Source: an archaeon (GTDB taxonomy: Archaea > Nanobdellota > Nanobdellia > Woesearchaeales > UBA9642). From it: 64,000 bases of DNA. The DNA lies in assembly GCA_020057295.1 (NCBI GenBank), contig JAGVGF010000003.1, positions 160,001 through 224,000 on the forward strand, given 5' to 3'. The position numbers and the translations under genes were made by a program. This document shows positions 57,854-64,000 of the stretch, one piece after another (the stretch's first letter is position 1; each line of letters opens with the position of its first letter). The notes below the pieces were generated by a model, which had not been told where the DNA came from, made no database searches, and worked only from the letters and a program-made list of their open reading frames with translations.

Positions 57854-58424
57854 GAAAAAATTCGATATAACAAAAGAAAAGACGGTTACGCCGAAAAGTG
57901 TTTCTGATTGGAGAAATTGGCTGAAGAAGAATCATCTTAAAGAAACAAAGGTTCATCTAATTAAACATAAGAAACATACGGGAAAATTTTCTTTAATAAA
58001 CACTGAAGCGATGAGAGAGGCAATATGTTTTGGATGGATAGATACTACTATTAGAAGAATTGATGATGAAAGATACTCGCAATGTTTTGTTAGAAGAAAT
58101 CAGAACAGTAAATGGAGCGATAACACATTGAGGTATGGTAAGGAGTTGTTGAAAGAAGGAAAAATGTCTCCGTTTGGTCTAAAGATGTACAAGGAAGGTC
58201 TTAATAAGAAAACTCACGATCATGGTATTCCAAAAGATCCGGACATGCCTTTAGCTTTAAAAAAAGAACTTGATAAAAATGTGGATATAAAAAAGTCATT
58301 CGATAAAATATCTCCTTCTATGAAACGAATGTATTATAGAATGATTTTACGTGCTAAACGCGAAGAAACAATAAATAAAAGGGTTTCGAACATAGTTAAA
58401 ATGTGTGAAAAGAAAAATTCTTAG
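57846..58424 (+). CDS. YdeI/OmpD-associated family protein
   Basis: WRNWLKKNH, EAICFGWID, RNQNSKWS, AKREET..KR. Confidence 0.88.
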   Translation: MIKKKFDITKEKTVTPKSVSDWRNWLKKNHLKETKVHLIKHKKHTGKFSLINTEAMREAICFGWIDTTIRRIDDERYSQCFVRRNQNSKWSDNTLRYGKELLKEGKMSPFGLKMYKEGLNKKTHDHGIPKDPDMPLALKKELDKNVDIKKSFDKISPSMKRMYYRMILRAKREETINKRVSNIVKMCEKKNS

Positions 58425-58728
58425 AAAAATTAAAATAAATTCTTAGAGAAGTTCGATATTTGTTATTTATCGCTACTTTTAGAGGTATGTTTCACAAAGC
58501 TTATACAGTCTATTACCCTTCCACGTCTATAGGGGGTTTATTGACAAGATCCGCGCTGGAAAGCATATACTGTACACACTCATCGGAATTGCTCCCAGAA
58601 GGAGCATTTATATTAGGCGTCCTGATGAAATTTTCTTATGCAAAGACTTTATTGACCGACATATTAAGATACATTCTTGAAAATTATTCTACAAATTTTA
58701 GCAACATTACATTATCGCGGGTGACTTC

Positions 58729-61413
58729 ATGAGCAAGCCTCTTGAAATTCTATTATTAGAAGATGATGAACAATATCTATCTGTCCTTAAAGAACAATTA
58801 GACACTGGTGGATTAGGCTCTAAAATAACCTTAGTAGGCACAGAAGACGAATTTCTAAAAGAGATAGGTGACCAAAATCACGAATATGATGTATTGTTAT
58901 CAGGTCATAAACCGCCAGGATTAGACGGTCTCAAAGCATTAAATATATTTAGGAAAAAATATGTTGACACTCCATTCATCATTGTAGCCGATGAGATGGG
59001 TGAGGAGGCAGTCATAGCTGCAATTGAGCAAGGTGCAACAGATTATGTTTTTAAGGTTAATCTAAAGAGGCTGCCAGTAATCATTAAGAGGTCATTATCA
59101 GATTCAGATCTAAAGAAAAGGTTGCGTGAAAGCGAAATAAAATACAAACAGTTTATAGAAACATTACCTGCAACTATATTTTCTTCAGATATTCAAGGCA
59201 ATATACATTTTGTAAATCCTTATGGGTTAAAGGAGTTTGGATATACTGTTGAAGATATCGCTCATGGATTGAATGTGTTCGATATTATACATCCTGAAGA
59301 CAAACTTCGTTTGACTCAAAACCTCACTCAATTAGTGTCTACGCATCAAATTTTGTCCGATGATTATAGATTACTTAATCGATTAGGTGAAACATTAGAC
59401 GTGACTGTAACAACAAATTCTTTGTTAACAAGTGGTGGACAAATAGAATTACACAGTGTAGTAATTAATAATACTGAACGTAGGCGTATGGAAACAGATG
59501 TTATTGCTTCTAGAGATTTATTGCAGAGAGTAATTGATATTCTTCCCGTACGAGTGTTTTGGAAAGATACTCACTTACACTATCTTGGTTGTAATACTAT
59601 TTTTGCTCAAGATGCAGGATTAGCGAGTCCAGCAGATCTAATTGGCAAGAATGATTTTCAAATGGGTTGGAAAGAGCAAGCAGAAAAGTATCAAAAAGAT
59701 GATCGAGTAGTTATAGAATCGGGAGAATCTTCTCTTGATTTCGAAGAACTTCAAACTACTCCTCAGGGTAATAAAATTTGGATAAAAACAAGCAAAGTAC
59801 CATTAACAAATCCGCAAGGAGGCATACTTGGTATTTTAGGAACATACGAAGACATAACTGCACGTAAGAGTGCAGAAGAAGCGTTGTTGTTACGAGATTC
59901 TCAATTCAAAAAATTATCTCTTCATGTACCGGGAATGATTTATCAATTCGAAAAAAAAATCGATGAAACGTATCGTGTTCCTTTTACTTCAGAAGCTATC
60001 AGTGATATTTTTGATTGTTCACCGCAAGATGTACTTGAAGATTTTTCTCCTATTACCAAAAGAATATTGCCGGAAGATTTAGATAGAGTTGTTAAGTCTA
60101 TTGAATATTCGGCAAAGAATTTAACGCCTTGGCAATGTGAATATCGAATACAAATTCCTGAAAAACCGATCAAATGGCTATTTGGTCATTCATCTCCTGA
60201 AAAATCAGATAATGGAAGCATTATGTGGTATGGGTTTAATGCAGACATAACAGAACATAAAAAGGCAGAAGAGGAACTCTTACATACTCAGAGAATGGAA
60301 GGTATAGGAAACATCGCTACAGGTATAGCACACGATTTTAATAATGTATTGGGAGTAGTTCTAGGTTACGCTAATCTTTTAGAACGTCAAACATCTTCAG
60401 AGTCAACTCGAGAATCTTTAGAAAAAATTATTATTGCTGTAAAAAGAGGAGCAGATATGGTAAAACAAATAATGATTTTTGCGCATAAAGGAGATATTGA
60501 TTATGTTACTATGGATTTGAGACACATATTAAAAGATTCAGCGGATTATGTGACTGAAGCAACTAAAAGCCTCGAATCAAGAGGTGTGCATTATAAGGTA
60601 ATTTCCTCTCTTGAAAAAACTTCTAATGTTATTGCGGATATTGGGCAAATGAAACAAGTATTGGATAATCTTTTGACTAATGCTATACATGCAATGCCAA
60701 GAGGCGGAACAGTAAGTATATGTTCCAACAATGTTTCTATAGCTACTCCGCTCGTATTACGCAATACTACTGTGCTTCCGGGCGATTATGTTCATTTCTC
60801 AATAACTGATACGGGTTCGGGCATTACAGAAGAGGTGTATAACAAAATGTTTGAACCGTTCTTTACAACAAAACCTAAAGGTAGAGGTACGGGTCTTGGT
60901 TTAGCAAGCGTAAAAAGTATCATCGAGAAACATAATGGTTACATAAATGTAGAAACAAAGCTAGGTGAAGGTACAACATTTGAATTTTATATCCGTGCAG
61001 TCTCACAAGAAGAAACGCTACCTGCTGTTGTAAGCATTGATGATATTGTCGGCGAAGGAAAAATTTTAATTGTCGACGATAACGAACCTTATTTAGCAGT
61101 TTTGAAACTAAGTTTGGATATGAAAGGGTATTCTACACTTATTGCGAGAAGTTATGATGAAGCTACAGCCATACTTAAGGAAAATAAAGATATAGATTTA
61201 CTTTTGACTGATATTCATATGATAGGAAGGAGCGGCATAGAATTAGCGCAAAGTTTGACCGGTAAGAAAGTTTGCGTTGTAGGCATGACTGGACTTATTG
61301 ACGAAGACACAAGAGAGGCATGGCCTCAAGAGTATACACTACTTCAAAAGCCTATATCTATGGATGAGTTGAATTCTACAATACGTACGGTGCTATCTGC
61401 GAATAATGGATAA
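58729..61413 (+). CDS. Hybrid sensor histidine kinase (REC-PAS-PAS-PAS-HisKA-HATPase-REC)
   Basis: ILLLEDD; three PAS/PAC domains; AHDFNN, NLLTNAIHAM, DTGSGI, FEPFFTTK, GTGLGL; C-terminal ILIVDD..LLTDIHM..QKP. Confidence 0.95.
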   Translation: MSKPLEILLLEDDEQYLSVLKEQLDTGGLGSKITLVGTEDEFLKEIGDQNHEYDVLLSGHKPPGLDGLKALNIFRKKYVDTPFIIVADEMGEEAVIAAIEQGATDYVFKVNLKRLPVIIKRSLSDSDLKKRLRESEIKYKQFIETLPATIFSSDIQGNIHFVNPYGLKEFGYTVEDIAHGLNVFDIIHPEDKLRLTQNLTQLVSTHQILSDDYRLLNRLGETLDVTVTTNSLLTSGGQIELHSVVINNTERRRMETDVIASRDLLQRVIDILPVRVFWKDTHLHYLGCNTIFAQDAGLASPADLIGKNDFQMGWKEQAEKYQKDDRVVIESGESSLDFEELQTTPQGNKIWIKTSKVPLTNPQGGILGILGTYEDITARKSAEEALLLRDSQFKKLSLHVPGMIYQFEKKIDETYRVPFTSEAISDIFDCSPQDVLEDFSPITKRILPEDLDRVVKSIEYSAKNLTPWQCEYRIQIPEKPIKWLFGHSSPEKSDNGSIMWYGFNADITEHKKAEEELLHTQRMEGIGNIATGIAHDFNNVLGVVLGYANLLERQTSSESTRESLEKIIIAVKRGADMVKQIMIFAHKGDIDYVTMDLRHILKDSADYVTEATKSLESRGVHYKVISSLEKTSNVIADIGQMKQVLDNLLTNAIHAMPRGGTVSICSNNVSIATPLVLRNTTVLPGDYVHFSITDTGSGITEEVYNKMFEPFFTTKPKGRGTGLGLASVKSIIEKHNGYINVETKLGEGTTFEFYIRAVSQEETLPAVVSIDDIVGEGKILIVDDNEPYLAVLKLSLDMKGYSTLIARSYDEATAILKENKDIDLLLTDIHMIGRSGIELAQSLTGKKVCVVGMTGLIDEDTREAWPQEYTLLQKPISMDELNSTIRTVLSANNG

Positions 61414-61514
61414 ATAGTTATTATTTATGAATATATGTAAAACATTTTTTTATTAGTAGTATTTATTTTTTAGTAGAAAAAGTTTATAAGCAATTTAAGA
61501 ATCCTATCATACTC

Positions 61515-63305
61515 ATGAAAAATATTTCGCGTTCAAAAATTCGGGAATTATCTGATGATGTAAAAGAAGCATATAATAATGTTAATTGGAAGACTGCTAG
61601 AATTGTTTTTGGAGTTACAGGTGTAGCTCAGATTATTGAAGCATATATATCACATGGATTGAACAATTGGCCATTATCTGTTTTTGATGATTCAGGAGAA
61701 CTATTTCAAACAATTACAACATTAGCATTAGTCAGCGGCGTAGGATTAGTTGCATCCTATCTTGATTCTCAGAGAAAAAAAGAGTTTTCACGTATAAAAC
61801 TACTTGAAGAAAAATTTAGAACTGTCGCAGATTTTACTCATGATTGGGAATATTGGAAATTACCTAATGGAAAATTTGAATACATATCTCCAGCTGTTGA
61901 ACAAATTACGGGGTATAGTGTTCAAGATTTTAATAATGATCCCCACTTATTAGAAAATATTATTCATCCAGAAGATAGACCTTTCTTTATTAATCATCTA
62001 GATGGAGTACCTCTAGAGAGTTCTATCCCTGAAGAATTACTCTATCGTATTATAACACGTTCTGGTAAAGAGAAATGGATTTCACACAATTGCACTTCGA
62101 TTTATAATAGCGACGGAGTATATATGGGTAGACGCGCAAGCAATAGAGATATTACTACACGTAAAAGGTCTGAATTAATTCAGTCAGCAACATATAATAT
62201 GTTAGATGCAAGTGTAACAACAAATACTCTTGAAGAACTATTAGAAAAAATGCATTCTGAGATAGGTAATTTGATGTATGCTAAGAATTTTTTTGTTGCG
62301 CTATACGACGAAAAAACAAATTTATATACATTTAGATATTTTTCTGACGAAAAAGATAAAGATTCGCCTCTAACTCCTGTACAGATAAATATAGGATTTA
62401 CAGACTATGTTCGCAAAACTGGAAAACCCTTATTAGTTGATGAGAATCAATCAAGACAAATGATTAATTCAGGAGAAGTACAACTTATTGGCTCACCATC
62501 AAAATCTTGGATGGGTGTGCCTTTGTTTAAAGAACAAAAAGTTATTGGTGTTGCAGTAATTCAATCGTATGTAGATACACAACAATATACGCTTCAGGAT
62601 TTGGATGTTTTCAATCATATTTCTCAAACCATTTCATTAACCGTTAATCGAAGAACTGCTGAAGAAAAATTAAAATTTTATAAACATATAATAACAAATT
62701 CCGACATGGCATTAAGTGTTACAGATTTGAATAATACTTTTATTTTTGTTAATGCCGCATTCGAAAAAATGTATGGTTATAGTCGAGAGGAAATTTTAGG
62801 CAAGCCTCTTAGTATATTAAGATCTAAAAATAATAATCCTCGACTAATGAGCCAAATACAGTCTAGAACTTATGAGGGAGGATTAGAGTTTGAGCTTCTT
62901 AATGTTGATAAAAATGGTAGAGAATTTCCAATATATTTACGTACTTCTGTAATTAAAAACGATCAAGGAGAAATAATTGCGACTATGGGGACTGTTGTAG
63001 ATATCACAGAGAGAAAAGATCTTGAGACAAAATTACAGCAATCAGTTGCAGATCTAACTGATGCACTCGCTAATGTAAAACAGTTAAGCGGTTTACTTTC
63101 AATATGCGGTTATTGTAAAAATATACGTACTGATGAAGGAAGTTATGTTAGAATAGAGCAGTATATCAAAGAACATACCGATGCAAATTTTAGTCATGGT
63201 ATATGTCCTGATTGCATGAAACAACACCATCCTGAGATATATGCATCTATTGAAGCCAAAAAGAAAGTTAGTGATGTTACTTCTGGTACTATTAGTCAAA
63301 AATAA
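61515..63305 (+). CDS. Membrane sensor: 2TM-PAS-GAF-PAS-coiled coil-Cys4 zinc-binding domain
   Basis: FRTVADFTHDWEYW PAS; NFFVALYD..SWMGVPL GAF; second PAS; LSGLLSICGYCKNIR...FSHGICPDC. Confidence 0.9.
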   Translation: MKNISRSKIRELSDDVKEAYNNVNWKTARIVFGVTGVAQIIEAYISHGLNNWPLSVFDDSGELFQTITTLALVSGVGLVASYLDSQRKKEFSRIKLLEEKFRTVADFTHDWEYWKLPNGKFEYISPAVEQITGYSVQDFNNDPHLLENIIHPEDRPFFINHLDGVPLESSIPEELLYRIITRSGKEKWISHNCTSIYNSDGVYMGRRASNRDITTRKRSELIQSATYNMLDASVTTNTLEELLEKMHSEIGNLMYAKNFFVALYDEKTNLYTFRYFSDEKDKDSPLTPVQINIGFTDYVRKTGKPLLVDENQSRQMINSGEVQLIGSPSKSWMGVPLFKEQKVIGVAVIQSYVDTQQYTLQDLDVFNHISQTISLTVNRRTAEEKLKFYKHIITNSDMALSVTDLNNTFIFVNAAFEKMYGYSREEILGKPLSILRSKNNNPRLMSQIQSRTYEGGLEFELLNVDKNGREFPIYLRTSVIKNDQGEIIATMGTVVDITERKDLETKLQQSVADLTDALANVKQLSGLLSICGYCKNIRTDEGSYVRIEQYIKEHTDANFSHGICPDCMKQHHPEIYASIEAKKKVSDVTSGTISQK

Positions 63306-63414
63306 TTAAATTTCTTAATAGTTTGTTGTCGAACATTTTTTGATTTTTTATCTAACAGAAAAATTTATAAATAGAAATTAGTTACTTCTTAGTAGTTATT
63401 ATAGGGTATTTTTT

Positions 63415-63891
63415 ATGGGTAAAGATTTAGATTTAAGGACTAATGAAGCACATATACAATATGCAGGTTTACATAATCATTTGAAAGATGATAATGCTAG
63501 ATGGATTGCATATCATAGATTAGGCGTTGGTTCTCATCCCCAAACATTGTATGTAAAAAGTTATGAAGGATTATTTAAAATAGCAGAAACCACTATCGAT
63601 GTATTAGTTGATTTAAATAAAGCACTCGATGATAAACTCTCCATTGTTGTAGATAACATAAGATATTATGGAAGTGATGGTAGAGAATTTTTACTACACG
63701 GTATTATGATGCGTATGAGCCATCAACAAGAGAAGGGCGCAGATGTTTCCAAGGAAGCAGAACTATTCCATCAAGTATTATCTAAGTTGCCTTCGGGTGA
63801 TCGTAATGTTTTTGTATCTTTGTATAAAATTTCTACAGGTATGAATGTTGATGAAGATAAAGTAAGACCTTATGATGTGTCAAATCAGTAA
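63415..63891 (+). CDS. Hypothetical protein
   Basis: 158-aa ORF with upstream TATA box (63364); no motif recognised. Confidence 0.7.
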   Translation: MGKDLDLRTNEAHIQYAGLHNHLKDDNARWIAYHRLGVGSHPQTLYVKSYEGLFKIAETTIDVLVDLNKALDDKLSIVVDNIRYYGSDGREFLLHGIMMRMSHQQEKGADVSKEAELFHQVLSKLPSGDRNVFVSLYKISTGMNVDEDKVRPYDVSNQ

Positions 63892-63940
63892 ATTTATAAA
63901 AGATTTTCCTTTTCGATAATTATACTTAAGGGTGATATTT

Positions 63941-64000
63941 ATGGCTGATGACAAGATTTCAATGCCGAGCAGTGGTGCAGGTTTAACAAGATATTTTGAC
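63941..64000 (+). CDS. secG: Preprotein translocase subunit Sec61-beta, partial (runs off the window)
   Basis: MADDKISMPSSGAGLTRYFD, the conserved archaeal Sec61-beta N-terminus; GGTGA RBS. Confidence 0.88.
   Translation, partial: MADDKISMPSSGAGLTRYFD

Noticed and set aside
58460-58732. 90-aa ORF upstream of the histidine kinase
   Set aside because: TTG start without RBS and no recognisable motifs; may be a remnant of transferred DNA but cannot be supported as a gene.
4449-63299. Many short antisense or overlapping ORFs in the track (e.g. 12292-12762, 37590-38030, 50970-51389)
   Set aside because: They lie almost entirely opposite or within well-supported genes; typical shadow ORFs.
1-64000. 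CRISPR array, rRNA, transposase, intein, recoded stop codons
   Set aside because: No regularly spaced repeats, no rRNA-like tract, no transposase motifs; core genes are normal length and end in standard stops.

Overview
AT-rich, gene-dense archaeal chromosome segment using the standard archaeal/bacterial code. Archaeal markers (aRF1, Nop5, fibrillarin, Dph6, Sec61-beta, intron-containing tRNAs, TATA promoters) and the style of the hypothetical proteins suggest a DPANN/Woesearchaeota-like genome; that assignment is inference. Left (0.4-14 kb): an accessory amino-acid locus with a divergent fold-type II PLP enzyme, an unannotated ribbon-helix-helix protein, an unusual APH-kinase/TM/degenerate lytic-transglycosylase-like fusion, an AbrB-PhoU regulator, a Liv-type ABC importer with three binding proteins and cargo genes, and an AlaE-like exporter. 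Middle: translation and housekeeping genes (prf1, nop5, flpA, pyrF/pyrE plus a degenerate PRTase, cysS, dph6, valS, hisS), large surface hydrolases, and a 12-gene SUF/oxidative-stress run. Right: tRNA-His, tRNA-Arg and tRNA-Cys, a MacB-type exporter, a structurally atypical RNase P RNA, nth, and a bacterial-type PAS/histidine-kinase pair. No CRISPR array, rRNA, integrase or transposase was seen. The best candidate for an undescribed system is the 432-13931 locus, especially the kinase-TM-SLT-like fusion. All assignments come from motif recognition by eye; no searches were run.
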